Source: Methanotrichaceae archaeon
GTDB taxonomy: Archaea > Halobacteriota > Methanosarcinia > Methanotrichales > Methanotrichaceae
Direction: 5' to 3'
DNA: 64,000 nt
Assembly (NCBI GenBank): GCA_963813075.1
Contig: CAWEXU010000030.1
Coordinates: 384,001-448,000 of the forward strand
The notes under the pieces were generated by a model. The model had not been told where the DNA came from. It was given only the letters and a program-made list of their open reading frames with translations, and made no database searches. This document shows, piece by piece, positions 28,957 to 39,651 of this stretch. Positions within the stretch are counted from its first letter, which is position 1; every line of letters begins with the position of its first letter. The position numbers and the translations under genes were made by a program.

Positions 28957-31313
28957 TTCAGGATCTTTATTTTGCCCGGCCGGAGCTTCTCTGGGCCCTG
29001 CCACCATTAGCCGTGCTGGGGCTGGTCTACATCCACCTCCGGGCCAAAAACAAGATATTAGCCCTCTCCAGGCTGCTGATATTCTGCCTGATACTGGCCG
29101 CGGCGGCCAATCCATACTTTGTCCAGACCCAGGTCGTCCAGTCGCAAAAGCCGAGCATCACCGTCCTGGACGATAAGACCGGCTCGATGGCGGTATTCGA
29201 TCCAGATGTGGCGGCCAGAGTTGCCGATCTGACAAGCGCCTCCATCCGCTCCTTCTCCGGCGACTCGACCCCTCTGGGGGACAGGATCCTCCAGCATGCT
29301 CTTCCCGGGAGCACCATCCTCCTGGTGACGGACGGCTACAGCAATAGCGGCCGATCGCTGGCGGACGCCCTGGCCCTGGCCAGAGCCTCCAATACCACGG
29401 TCTTCGCCCTCTCCTTCGATCCGGCCAGAGCAGATGCAGGTGTAGAGATATCCGGTGCCAACACCGCCGTTTTGGGAGGGGACTATCCTTTCCGGGTGAT
29501 GGTCAGGACCTCTCTGAACTACAGCGGCCCCTTATCCGTCTATGCTGATGAGAAGCAGATCTACAGCGACCAGATCCTGGCCAATGGGAGCGATTCCATC
29601 AAGATCTCTCACTCCTTCCTGGAGACGGGAAACCATATCCTGCGAGCGGAGATCGCCCCGGATATGCAGCCTATAAACGATGTCTATCTGAAGTCGATAT
29701 ATGTCGTTCCAAAGCCTGAGGTTCTCTTCCTCTCCCCGGCCGACTCCCCCCTTGCCCAGAACGCGAGAGAGCTCTACAAATTGACTGCGGTCTCCGAGCT
29801 CCCCTCCGATCTGCGGGGCTACAAGTCCATAATCATTGATGATGCTCAATATAGCGCAAGCCTCGACCGGCTGGAGGATTATGTGCGCGAGGGAGGTGGC
29901 CTGGTGGTGGTGGGGGGCAAGGATTCCTTTGATCTGGGAGAATACCGCAACTCCACTCTGGAGAAGTTCCTTCCAGTGCAGTCCTTCCCCAGTCGTTTTG
30001 AGGGGGGCAAGACCCTCATATTCGTCCTGGACATCTCCTTCAGCCTGCTTTCTACCCAAACCAAAGACGGCACCACATTGCTCGACTATGAAAAAGCCCT
30101 GGCAGTGGAGCTACTGAAGTCCCCGCAGTTCCAGGACTATAACGTGGGACTGGTGGTCTTTGGCACCCGGGCCTACAATGTGATCGATCCCGTTCCCCTC
30201 TCCCGGAGCCAGACCGTCCTCGCAGACAGGATCACCACTCTCGCCCCCACGGGAACGGAAAACAGCTACCTGGACTCGGGACTGGAGCTGGCGCATGATA
30301 TGATCCAGGCAAGCGGAGGCGAGGGGGAGATGATCGTCCTTTCGGACGGAAACCTGCAGAACTATGAGGAGGTGGTGGCCCGATCCAAAGAACTGATCCG
30401 GGAGATGAACATCACCACCAGGCTGATTCAGGTCCAGGCCTTCCCCGGCATGACCGGGAGCTTCCCGGATATCGCCAGCAACACTGGCTCTGAGTTCACC
30501 GCTTTTGTCTATCCTGACTCTCTGACCACCATCAGTGCCCCTCTATCTGAGGAGCCCAGCCTGCCGGAGAAAAACCTCTCCACCTATGCCCTGGCCGTGG
30601 TCAATAAGAATCACTATATCACCGCCGACTTGGAGATGAACGCCACTATTACCGGCTTTAATGATGCCACACCCAAACCAGGCTCTTTGAAGCTGGTGGC
30701 ACTGGCCGATGGCAAGCCCGTTCTCACTGTATGGCGCTACGGCCTGGGCAGGGTTGCCGCCCTCACCACGGACAACGGCAACGCCTGGGCCGGTCAGCTC
30801 TACAGCAGTCCCAGCTCTCAGTTGATCTCCTCCGCAGTCAACTGGGCGGTGGGAGACCCCCGGCCGGAGACGGACAGAGTGGAGGCAGAGGATGGCTGGC
30901 AGGACAGCCCCCTGCAGATCACCATTGCCAGCACCTCCCGGCCCAGCCTCCCGGAGGCAGAGGTGGAGAAGATCGGAGACAACAGATACCTGGCGACATT
31001 CACTCCCAACAGCACTGGCATCTATTATATTGGAGATTATGGTGTGGCGGTGAACTATCCTCTGGAGTACAGATATATCGGATTCAATCCGGAGCTTTCG
31101 GGGCTAATCATGGCCAATGGGGGCAAGGTCTTCACTGAGGAGGAGGCGGCAAGGAGTCTGATAGCGGAAGCGGCCCGGACCAGCCAGAGAACTGTGCAGG
31201 AGAGGACATCCAGAAGAGATGCTCTGCTACTTTTTGCTCTCTTGATATTCCTGCTGGAGATAGTATCAAGAAAGATCAATGAGATACGCCGGCAGGGGCG
31301 GACCAAGCGCTGA
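28953..31313 (+). CDS. vWA domain + class I glutamine-amidotransferase-like membrane protein
   Basis: Two vWA-like segments (LDDKTGSM/VTDG; VLDISFS/LSDG), YVREGGGLVVVGG and WRYGLGRVAA. Confidence 0.8.
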   Translation: MIQDLYFARPELLWALPPLAVLGLVYIHLRAKNKILALSRLLIFCLILAAAANPYFVQTQVVQSQKPSITVLDDKTGSMAVFDPDVAARVADLTSASIRSFSGDSTPLGDRILQHALPGSTILLVTDGYSNSGRSLADALALARASNTTVFALSFDPARADAGVEISGANTAVLGGDYPFRVMVRTSLNYSGPLSVYADEKQIYSDQILANGSDSIKISHSFLETGNHILRAEIAPDMQPINDVYLKSIYVVPKPEVLFLSPADSPLAQNARELYKLTAVSELPSDLRGYKSIIIDDAQYSASLDRLEDYVREGGGLVVVGGKDSFDLGEYRNSTLEKFLPVQSFPSRFEGGKTLIFVLDISFSLLSTQTKDGTTLLDYEKALAVELLKSPQFQDYNVGLVVFGTRAYNVIDPVPLSRSQTVLADRITTLAPTGTENSYLDSGLELAHDMIQASGGEGEMIVLSDGNLQNYEEVVARSKELIREMNITTRLIQVQAFPGMTGSFPDIASNTGSEFTAFVYPDSLTTISAPLSEEPSLPEKNLSTYALAVVNKNHYITADLEMNATITGFNDATPKPGSLKLVALADGKPVLTVWRYGLGRVAALTTDNGNAWAGQLYSSPSSQLISSAVNWAVGDPRPETDRVEAEDGWQDSPLQITIASTSRPSLPEAEVEKIGDNRYLATFTPNSTGIYYIGDYGVAVNYPLEYRYIGFNPELSGLIMANGGKVFTEEEAARSLIAEAARTSQRTVQERTSRRDALLLFALLIFLLEIVSRKINEIRRQGRTKR

Positions 31314-31383
31314 TCCTCACCATCAGATTTTAATAGCATAATCCGCTTTATTCAGGTACATTTATGGAGGTAACTGTCACCAA

Positions 31384-31692
31384 ATGAGTTCTCAAATGTG
31401 TGCCGTCTGCGGCCTTCCCCAGGAGCTATGCATCTGCGAGGAGGTTGCCAAGGAGCAGCAAAGGATTGTAGTCAAAGTCCAAAAGCGCAGGTATGGTAAA
31501 GAGGTGACAGTTATTCAGGGCATTGATCCCCATGAGATCGATCTCCAAGAGCTGTGCACCCATCTGAAGTCCAAGCTGGCCTGCGGCGGGACGGTAAAGG
31601 ACAACCTGATCGAGCTTCAGGGCAACCATATCCAGAGGATAAAGGATATCCTGGTCAAGAAGGGATTCGGCGCAGATCAGATAAGCACCTGA
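31384..31692 (+). CDS. sui1: Translation initiation factor aIF-1 / SUI1
   Basis: [28 protein letters not shown] and IELQG motifs. Confidence 0.96.
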   Translation: MSSQMCAVCGLPQELCICEEVAKEQQRIVVKVQKRRYGKEVTVIQGIDPHEIDLQELCTHLKSKLACGGTVKDNLIELQGNHIQRIKDILVKKGFGADQIST

Positions 31693-31747
31693 ATTTCATT
31701 ATCTTATTTTTATCGATCTGCAGCGAGATCCTGGTTGCTTATTGCAT

Positions 31748-31892
31748 CGGGAGCGTGAAGGGTCACGAATACCCCAACATCTAAGTTGGGGCTGAAGTGA
31801 ACCCTCTCCCGGTTTTCGTATTTCCATAAAACCGAGCGTGAGGGCGTGCGGCCCGAATTATACCCTATCCTTTGGGTGGGGTGGCCACACGC
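31748..31892. ncRNA. Highly structured intergenic element, copy B (candidate ncRNA or IS200/IS605-end-derived element)
   Basis: Nested stems GCGTGCGGCC/GGCCACACGC, ACCCTATCC/GGGTGGGGT, CGGTTTT/AAAACCG, AGGGTCAC/GTGAACCCT and CCCCAAC/GTTGGGG; homologous to 17018-17137. Confidence 0.5.
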
Positions 31893-31917
31893 AGTTTGAT
31901 TTCTCTTTGCGTTATTA

Positions 31918-32316
31918 TTATGAGTGCGAGCCCAATGCCTGCCTGCCCTCGTCTCCTCGAATGGTCTCAGAAGGAGTCTCCTCTTCAGAGCTCATCACAA
32001 TGGAGAATATCCACTCGCTGAGGCTGGCGCAGTGCTCGGGGATGCACTCCTCGATGCAACCTGCACAGGGCTCGAAGGCATCCACAGCCATAAGGGGATC
32101 GAAACGTCTGCCGCCGGGCCTGCTTACGCAAAAAAGCCTATACGTCCTGATACCGTCGACCGATTCCACCTCTCTGGTGATAAAGCGATCTTTGAGGAGC
32201 TTGGCCACAATGCGGGAGCATTTGCGTGAATCGATCTTCAGAGCTTTCCACAGGTCGCTTTGCAAAGCTCCCTCAGGATGCGATTTAATATAATCTAATG
32301 CTTCCTCGACAGACAT
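31918..32316 (-). CDS. Winged-HTH protein with C-terminal Cys cluster (RPC34/TFE-beta-like)
   Basis: G.LQSDLWK.L.IDSRKCSRI..L wHTH; PCAGC...C.P..C..L..W motif. Confidence 0.75.
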   Translation of the reverse strand: MSVEEALDYIKSHPEGALQSDLWKALKIDSRKCSRIVAKLLKDRFITREVESVDGIRTYRLFCVSRPGGRRFDPLMAVDAFEPCAGCIEECIPEHCASLSEWIFSIVMSSEEETPSETIRGDEGRQALGSHS

Positions 32317-32326
32317 CCCTTACCTC

Positions 32327-32551
32327 TCACTCAACCGGGCTGATTAGAATGATGTTATTGCCTCGCAGGATAACCGATCCCAAAGAGCGAGTCTTCTCGC
32401 CACCGATCAACTCCACGGTCTCCAGCAGATGGAGGTTCAAGTATTCGTCCACGCTGTTGAGAACACCTTCCAGGACATACCGCGGTGATCCCTTCATCTC
32501 CACCTGAATCTTGCTTCCTACCAGACTCTGTACCTTCTTAGTTGGGAACAT
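32327..32551 (-). CDS. Sm-like (Lsm/SmAP) protein
   Basis: Sm1 (EGVL.SVDEYLNLHL) and Sm2 (VILRGNNI) motifs. Confidence 0.95.
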   Translation of the reverse strand: MFPTKKVQSLVGSKIQVEMKGSPRYVLEGVLNSVDEYLNLHLLETVELIGGEKTRSLGSVILRGNNIILISPVE

Positions 32552-32637
32552 ATATCAGACTCCTTGGCCACCTTCGACAGATAAAGCTCAGCAGTTTGGG
32601 CTATCCATCGATATGCTACAATCAATACCTTGCATAT

Positions 32638-32865
32638 CTAGGCGGATTGTACGCCTTTTACCCCTTTGACGCTCTTCATGAGCTCTTTCTCGATGAAGTT
32701 CTTCAGTGTCATCTGGGAGAAGGGACAGCCTGCGCAGTGTCCCTGCAGCCTTACGGTCACAATGCCATCAGTGATGTCAACCAGCTCAACGTCTCCGCCA
32801 TCTACGCGAAGGCCTTCCCTGATCTTACCCAGGGCAGCTTCCACCTCGTCATTTAGGTTCTGCAT
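32638..32865 (-). CDS. NifU C-terminal (Nfu) domain protein
   Basis: DGGDVELV..V.LQGHCAGCP.S..TLK..IE. Confidence 0.93.
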   Translation of the reverse strand: MQNLNDEVEAALGKIREGLRVDGGDVELVDITDGIVTVRLQGHCAGCPFSQMTLKNFIEKELMKSVKGVKGVQSA

Positions 32866-33199
32866 GAGTAGTATCGTCTCCTTTCACCTTTATGGAATTA
32901 ACCTGGTGCCCGATGATGGTGAACCTTATCCCTTTTAAAGCTTCCTCGAGCTGCCTTATGAGCTGCTGACATTTGTCTGATCCCACTACGGTATTAACCA
33001 TGACACCGGGTTCAGAATGGTCCCGGATGGCCTTTAAAGCCATATCAGGATCCTCGCTCAGCCGGAAGCTTTTCCAGCTGGTGGGAGCCATTCCCTGGTA
33101 CTCGATGAGGTAAAAGCCGGTGATCCCCAGCTCCGTCAAGCTGTTGATGACTCTGACGAGATGCTCGTGATCTACAAAAATCTTGACCATGGTCTTCAT
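32849..33199 (-). CDS. Conserved methanogen PII-like protein (MJ1244-like)
   Basis: V.IFV..INSL...GITGFYL.EY.GM.P..W..F pattern. Confidence 0.7.
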   Translation of the reverse strand: MKTMVKIFVDHEHLVRVINSLTELGITGFYLIEYQGMAPTSWKSFRLSEDPDMALKAIRDHSEPGVMVNTVVGSDKCQQLIRQLEEALKGIRFTIIGHQVNSIKVKGDDTTHAEPK

Positions 33200-33293
33200 G
33201 GATTTTCCTCTTACATATATCGATCATCAGCCCTTATAAACTTCGCGATATCGGGATATTCTTTTATCCTACCCGAGCCATGCATGCCCTACC

Positions 33294-33773
33294 ATGGCAT
33301 CCAGAGATATTAGAGATGTGCTGAATGGCAGGGGAATCACAGAGGAGGAGATCGTATCTGCAGCAATGGCGTTATACTTCCCCCATCCCGGGGTGGAGAC
33401 GCGCGAGCGAGCGGAAACGGTATTCCGGCAGGAGATGGACCTTGCCCTATCCGACCCCAACCTGGCTCTGCTCATCTACGCCGCTGTCCTCCTGGAGTCG
33501 GAGGGGGAGAGATGCAACCTTCCCAACCTGAATTCGTCCGACTATGAGAACGACCTGACCTGCCTTATCGCGGACGAGGTCTTGGGCCTGAGCATAGCCA
33601 AGTATGTGGGAGGCTATAAGGGATTGTTCGATTATGTGCGCTATGACAAGGCTAAACCGGGAATACTCGCCCGGCTGGGCCCCTTTCTGGATGATGCAAT
33701 GGCCGGCCTGATCGGCGGAGTCTCAGCCAATATGTACACCAGGGCCGCGCACGCTCAGGGGATCGGCAATTGA
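33294..33773 (+). CDS. cobZ: Alpha-ribazole phosphatase CobZ (PgpA-like)
   Basis: LSDPN, LIADEVLG..IA.Y.GG.KG.F..RYD..KPGIL..LGPFLDD; adjacent to cobS. Confidence 0.85.
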   Translation: MASRDIRDVLNGRGITEEEIVSAAMALYFPHPGVETRERAETVFRQEMDLALSDPNLALLIYAAVLLESEGERCNLPNLNSSDYENDLTCLIADEVLGLSIAKYVGGYKGLFDYVRYDKAKPGILARLGPFLDDAMAGLIGGVSANMYTRAAHAQGIGN

Positions 33774-34534
33774 AAGACCTCCTTTTCGCCCTCAAATCCG
33801 GCTTTGGCTGGCTGTCCACCATACCGGTGGGAATATCCATGGAGGGAGTCGAGGCCCTGATGGACCATGTTTATGTCTTCCCCCTGGTGGGTATGGTCAT
33901 AGGGTCGATCCTGGGAGCGGTATCCTTCATTGCTCTGCAGGCATTTCCGGCTAGCCTGGCCGCTGTCGTGGTGATAGTCGCCATCTATTGGCTCTGCGGC
34001 ATAAACCACATCGATGGCCTGGCGGACTTTGCCGATGGTGTGATCGCTCACGGCACGAGGGAGAAGAAGATCGCCGCCATGAAGGACGTATACATGGGGA
34101 CCGGGGGAGGGCTTTATATCGTCGTTATCATCCTGGCGGCATTTGCCGTCCTGTCCAGCCTGCCGGTGGGGCTTTTTCCCCTGGCGGTTCTCGCGGCCGA
34201 GGTCAGTGCCAAAGAGGCCATGATATCCTTTGCCGCTTTCTCCACCTCCCTGCAGAAGGGATTCGGGCAGATAATGATTGACCGGACGGACCGGAGGCAT
34301 TTTCTAATCGGCCTTGTCATATCCGCATTCATCTGCGCAGCCGTTCTGGGGCCTCTGGGCCTGGCGGTCCTGGCCTCGGCCCAGCTGGCTGCCCATTACA
34401 TGGTGCGGGCTTCGAAGAGGAACTTCGGAGGGGCCAGCGGCGACGGTATAGGTGCGACAAACGAACTGGCCAGAGTTACCGCTCTGGCGGCTGCCCTGGC
34501 CTTAGGAGGTGTTCTCCCCTGGACGCTCTGGTGA
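33770..34534 (+). CDS. cobS: Adenosylcobinamide-GDP ribazoletransferase
   Basis: LSTIP, HIDGLADFADG, MKD...G.GG and FGG.SGD..GA..E motifs. Confidence 0.93.
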   Translation: MKDLLFALKSGFGWLSTIPVGISMEGVEALMDHVYVFPLVGMVIGSILGAVSFIALQAFPASLAAVVVIVAIYWLCGINHIDGLADFADGVIAHGTREKKIAAMKDVYMGTGGGLYIVVIILAAFAVLSSLPVGLFPLAVLAAEVSAKEAMISFAAFSTSLQKGFGQIMIDRTDRRHFLIGLVISAFICAAVLGPLGLAVLASAQLAAHYMVRASKRNFGGASGDGIGATNELARVTALAAALALGGVLPWTLW

Positions 34535-35122
34535 TGGCCGGAGGCCGCGGCTCGCGTCTGAACAGAGGCGAGAAGCCCATGGTGACCATCTTCGGACGGA
34601 AGCTGATCGAGTATGTGGCCCTGGCCCTGGAGGATAGCTCTGTGGATAGGATCTATGTCGCCACCACTGATAATGTGCCCCTGACCCGGGCCTGGGCTCT
34701 GGAATGGGGGCTTTCAGTGGTGGACACCCCGGGAATGGGCTTTGTCCCGGATATGATCAGTGCGGTGAAGGCGGCAGAAGTTCTCGATCCCATATTGATC
34801 ATCATGGCCGATCTGCCCCTGATCACCAGCGATCTTATCGATAGCATAATCGATGTCTACGAAGGTCGTCCTGAGCCCGCTCTCTCCACCCATACTCCAC
34901 TGGAGCTGCACCGCCGTCTGGGCCGCCGGCCCGATTCCCTTTTCAATTACCAGGGCCAGCTGATCGTCCCCTCGGGGATAAATGTGCTGGACGGTGAAAA
35001 GATCGAAAGAGAGCAGGAGGACTACCATCTGATAATGGAGAGGATCGAATTGGCAGTGAATGTGAATGTTGTCAGAGGACCTCCGCCTCTGCGAGAGGAT
35101 ATTGCAAGGTGATTTTATTTGA
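34519..35122 (+). CDS. cobY: GTP:adenosylcobinamide-phosphate guanylyltransferase (CobY), +1 frameshift near 35074
   Basis: (M)DALVMAGGRGSRL..EKP, ADLP, GIN and NVN motifs; cob cluster context; apparent CTG start. Confidence 0.85.
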
Positions 35123-35481
35123 ATAACAGCATAACGATAAATAATGAGAAGTTCTCTCTTGAAGACCTGATGCTGCTCACTGGAGAGGATGAGGTGAAAG
35201 AGCCGAAGGGCTATATCCTTCTCGTGGCAAGGGCGCTGCATAATCCCATGAGGCTCCCCTGGCTGCTCAAAGAGATATGCGGCCTGTGTATCAAGGAGGA
35301 GGAGCAAAGGGATATGAGGCTCAGCCTGATCCGGGTGCAGGTGGAAGCCGAGCTGAAGATGAACCAGGATATCCAGAGATTTCAGCAGAGGCGCTATGTG
35401 GCCCAGGTGATTGAGATCCTGCTGTTCAACGATCTGATGCTTGCCCCCAGGGAAGCGGTGGAAGAGGGCGATATGGAGTAG
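35119..35481 (+). CDS. Conserved hypothetical protein
   Basis: Host-like codon usage, coupled to the cobY stop. Confidence 0.75.
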   Translation: MNNSITINNEKFSLEDLMLLTGEDEVKEPKGYILLVARALHNPMRLPWLLKEICGLCIKEEEQRDMRLSLIRVQVEAELKMNQDIQRFQQRRYVAQVIEILLFNDLMLAPREAVEEGDME

Positions 35482-35603
35482 TCAGACCCCCACAATTCCC
35501 ACTTGGGAGGATATCGCGGCGCGGCAAAAATAGTCATGAGGTTCTGCCTGACCTCTCAGGAGACCTCTTCTTTGGCTCATGCTCAGTTCTGGCACAAGCT
35601 CAG

Positions 35604-36053
35604 TTATACGGTATCATTCTGTGCAGTTGGGACAGTCTGTGCTGCAGGGGAGACCTGTGCTGCTGCCTTGCTCTGGGATACGCTGCTTCCTACGTATGCC
35701 GTTTTTGCCGTAAGTCCCACTTTAGCCGCATTTACAGTGATATTGCTCTTGCCAGCATCCGGATCGTAGCTCAGGAATTCATTGATGCTCTGGGTGTAGG
35801 TAGCAGATGCCAGGCCACCTGGGTTCTTGGCGAAGGCAATGTTATCGAATACGGTCGGATTTATTCCTGAGAGACGCACAGCATATGGATTATTCCAGAC
35901 ATATCCTGGATCAAACGGATTTATTGTGCTCCTGTTTATCGTCGGCACATCTTCGAGATTGCTTTGCACTGCTGCAGAGGGCAGCTGGGCAATTGCGGGC
36001 ATTGTCATAGCCAGCATGATTGCCATGATCAATATATTAAAAATTTTTGTCAT
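35604..36053 (-). CDS. Secreted hypothetical protein
   Basis: AGGAGG SD, signal peptide MTKIFNILIMAIMLAMTMPAIA. Confidence 0.7.
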   Translation of the reverse strand: MTKIFNILIMAIMLAMTMPAIAQLPSAAVQSNLEDVPTINRSTINPFDPGYVWNNPYAVRLSGINPTVFDNIAFAKNPGGLASATYTQSINEFLSYDPDAGKSNITVNAAKVGLTAKTAYVGSSVSQSKAAAQVSPAAQTVPTAQNDTV

Positions 36054-36331
36054 GTTAATCCTCCTAAACGAGCATCTCGCCCTTGTTTTTATAGATCTGG
36101 CAGAAATGCAGCCATCGATCGAATTTGCGAATACCGTATCGTGGGAGCTGAATGCCATCTCATCACGGATGATGGCGAATCAAACCATAATGATAATAAA
36201 CCTTGTGGTTATCCTTCAAAAAGGAGAGGAAGGTGAAGGATATGCCTTTTCAACCCCTCACCCCCCGGTTATCGTCCACTCTGATCAGATCGACCGAATC
36301 CGGAAACCTCACGGCTGATCTTCTGGAGAGA

Positions 36332-37367
36332 CTACTTCACCTGAACCTTGAACTCATACTTTCCTCCTCCCATCCTCAACGTCCAGATCCGCCAGCCCGA
36401 TGGGAAGGAGGTGCTCTTATCAGCGATTCCTTTGAGATCAAACTGGATGGCATCACCCTTCTTGAACTCCCCTGCGGCCAGGGTCTGGCCCAAGGGTGAA
36501 CGGCCCGACCTCGGTATTGTTCACCAGCAAGATCGCATCCCCCGTTTTTGCCTTGGTCATGGTGATATAAAGGGTGCCGTCTATTGGGGCGGTGATGTCC
36601 GGTGCCCCTGGTGAGGGTGGGACCGAACCCGTGCCAATGGCTGCGGAATAGAAGGGGAAGGTTGAGCCCATGCCGCACTCTCCCTCCTTGATCTTGAACC
36701 ATCCATCCTCTCCCCAGGATGTACTCCAGGAGTTCTTCCCGATCCAGCAATCTTCGGCATCATTATAGCCCACAATCAGAACGGCGTGGTTGCCCACGAA
36801 GTCCCCGTAATCCTGGCTGTAGACTCCGCCGTCATGGTCGAAGAAGTCTGCATAGACCGCCAGTCCGCTCATTATTGGTCCGGTTGAGGCGATGTGGGCT
36901 TTGGCCTGGTCAGAGCTATATATCGTCTTATAGGATGTGATTTTAGTCAATCGGCTTTTGAAATCAGGGCATGGCTTCCAGTCTCCAGCATATGGACAGC
37001 AGAGCTCGTCGCATACCCCTGACTCCGCTGCCATGAGCATGCGCACGAACTGGGCACCCGACTCGCACCTTCCTCCGCCCCGGGGAAAAAGATATGCCTC
37101 GGAGAGATCGGGCTGCAAGGTGGCGTCTTTTTTCGTGATTTCCATCATCGACTCCATCAGGGCGACAGTGGCGAAGGAAACGCAGCTGCCGCATTTTCCC
37201 TGGTCGCGAATGGGGGTGGTATAGTTTTTGCCCTCAAAATTCCTCCAGTCAAAGGAGCGGGGATGCTCCACCGCCCTGAGAAGCTTTGCCGTGGCGGCAA
37301 ACATGGCCATATTATGCTGAATTTCTGCCGGCGATACTATCAGCCCGGTCGAATAGGTCTTTCCCAT
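36332..37367 (-). CDS. Papain-family (C1A) cysteine peptidase, frameshift near 36490
   Basis: FDWR, DQGKCGSC, LSE, NHAVLIVGY, KNSW..WGEDGWF; C-terminus continues in another frame to TAG at 36332. Confidence 0.9.
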
Positions 37368-37579
37368 AGTCTTTCATCTCCCTTACAATGGCTGCAGTGA
37401 CCATTTTGTCAATTCAAAGATCGCAGAAGGATCATATTTCTATAGTATAATAGGCGGGATGGAATAAATACTTGGCTGTGCAGGCCTATCTTTTCAGCAC
37501 TCTGTTCCTGGAAGGTTCACACTGGAAAACATTTAAAATTCCGTCCATCCTATATCATCCCCGGCTGAGGTGTACGGAA

Positions 37580-38168
37580 ATGAGAATTAAAATGATGTGG
37601 ATCGCAATTATCCTGATATTTCTATCATGCTTATCGATCCAGGTCTTTGCCCTGGATCCGGGAACCATAGCGGTGCCCAGCATCACCGGGGCGAACATGG
37701 ATATGCCCAAGCCCCTGATCACCCCACCCAGCTATGGATATGTCCGATCCCTCCACCAAAGTCACTGTGGTGGAGGGCAAGAAAGATCCATTCTCGGATG
37801 GATCGCCTTTCAATGAGAGCCAAAAGGGCGATGCGGCTAAATTTAATGGGAAATGGACGGTGAAGTTTGCCGGTCGCAGTGATGTCTCGTTGGGCCTGGA
37901 CCTATGGGCTTCCGGAGGGAGCAATGTGATGGGCTTTGGTGAGCTGAGGGAGGGCCAGTCCAATAACTCCGTCTCCGCCAGTGGCTCATTTGATGGCGAA
38001 GGTCTTATGCTGGCGGTCAAATCCGCTGCGCCAAAGTACCAGGGCCAAAGGTATGATGGATGCGATCTGGATCTGGTTTTATTGAACGATACCCTATCCG
38101 GAAGTTACATTTTGAAGTGGCAGGGAGAGATACAGGATAAGGGAAATGCCACCGCAGTGAGGACGTAG
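37580..38168 (+). CDS. Secreted protein with C-terminal beta-barrel-like domain, frameshift near 37725
   Basis: Signal peptide in one frame, GKW-initiated beta-rich domain in the next; paralogous to the 39.6-41.5 kb genes. Confidence 0.7.
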
Positions 38169-38242
38169 TCCGGGCAGGGAGATTCTCTTCACCCGGAGAA
38201 ACAATTTATATGGCTTAAAGAACCACGGGAAAATGAAGCATT

Positions 38243-39580
38243 ATGGTCCTGGACAACTTAGGCGGATCGCTGCGCAATGCCCTGAAAAAGATTGCCTCAG
38301 CGAACAAAATCGATAAAGCCCTGGTCGACGAAGCGGTGCGGGAGATCCAGCGTGCCCTCCTGCAGGCAGACGTGAATGTGAAGCTGGTAATGCAGCTTTC
38401 CAACACCATCAAATCCAGAGCCCTTGACGAGAAGCCCGCTGCTGGGATGAACCCGCGCGAGCACGTGATAAATATCGTCTACCAGGAGCTGATCAACCTG
38501 GTAGGTCGTGGCGCGGACATCCCCCTGAAAAAGCAGAACATCATGCTCGTCGGCCTGCAGGGCTCGGGAAAGACGACCACCGCCGCAAAGCTGGCCACCT
38601 TCTTTCAGAGGAAGGGGCTGAGGACGGCGGTGATATGCGCCGACACCTTCCGGGCGGGAGCATTTGATCAGCTCAAGGCCCTGTGCGAGAAGCAGGGCAT
38701 ATTCTTCTACGGCGAGAAGGGCAACCCCGATGCCCCGGCGGTGGCCAGAAACGGCCTGGAGGCCACCAAGAAGTACGACATCCGGATTGTGGACACTGCA
38801 GGGAGGCATGCCCTGGAGGGGGACCTGATCCAGGAGATGAAGGACATCCATGCGGTGGTAAACGCCGAGCAGAAGCTGCTGGTGATGGACGCCGCTTTAG
38901 GCCAGCAGGCCAGCGATCAAGCGCGGGCATTCAACGAGGCGGTCAATATCACCGGGGTTATCATCACCAAGCTCGACGGCACGGCCAAGGGCGGCGGGGC
39001 GCTGTCCGCGGTGGCGGAGACCAAAACCTCGGTGGCCTTCATCGGCGTGGGCGAGACCCCGGCGGACCTGGAGAAGTTCGAGGCGGACAGGTTCATCTCC
39101 CGCATGCTGGGCATGGGCGACATCAAAACCCTCATCGAGCGGGCCCAGGAGGTGCAGACGGAGCAGGAGGTGGATGTCGAGTCCCTGATGCGGGGCAAGT
39201 TCTCCCTCCGGGATATGTACCAGCAGATGGAGGCCATGAACAAGCTCGGGCCATTGAAGCAGATCATGCAGATGCTGCCCCTGGGGGGCATGGGAGTCGA
39301 GCTCTCGGACAAAGAGTATCAGATGACCAAGGACCGGCTGGACAAGTACCGGGTGGTCATGGACTCCATGACTGCAGCAGAACTCGAGGACCCCAAGATC
39401 ATCACCGCCTCGCGCATCAAGCGCATATCCCAGGGGAGCGGCGCCTCACCCGAGCTGGTCCGGGAATTGCTCAAATCCCATCAGGCCATGCAAAAAGCGA
39501 TCAAAGGGATGAGGGGCGGAATGGGCAAGATGAACATGAAACGGATGATGAAGAGGTTCAATCCCGGGGCAAAAATGTAG
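38243..39580 (+). CDS. srp54: Signal recognition particle 54 kDa protein
   Basis: [29 protein letters not shown] and Met-rich M domain. Confidence 0.98.
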   Translation: MVLDNLGGSLRNALKKIASANKIDKALVDEAVREIQRALLQADVNVKLVMQLSNTIKSRALDEKPAAGMNPREHVINIVYQELINLVGRGADIPLKKQNIMLVGLQGSGKTTTAAKLATFFQRKGLRTAVICADTFRAGAFDQLKALCEKQGIFFYGEKGNPDAPAVARNGLEATKKYDIRIVDTAGRHALEGDLIQEMKDIHAVVNAEQKLLVMDAALGQQASDQARAFNEAVNITGVIITKLDGTAKGGGALSAVAETKTSVAFIGVGETPADLEKFEADRFISRMLGMGDIKTLIERAQEVQTEQEVDVESLMRGKFSLRDMYQQMEAMNKLGPLKQIMQMLPLGGMGVELSDKEYQMTKDRLDKYRVVMDSMTAAELEDPKIITASRIKRISQGSGASPELVRELLKSHQAMQKAIKGMRGGMGKMNMKRMMKRFNPGAKM

Positions 39581-39651
39581 AGCCGGATCTCGGGCCCATT
39601 TTCGGCCAGGGAATTCCTATTTTCGCACCATTTTCGCCGCTGCGGTCATAT

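Noticed and set aside
31748..31892. SRP RNA, RNase P RNA or tRNA
   Set aside because: Lacks the SRP helix-8 GGAAG..AGCAG motif, the RNase P GAGGAAAGTCC motif and a cloverleaf; also too short for the first two.
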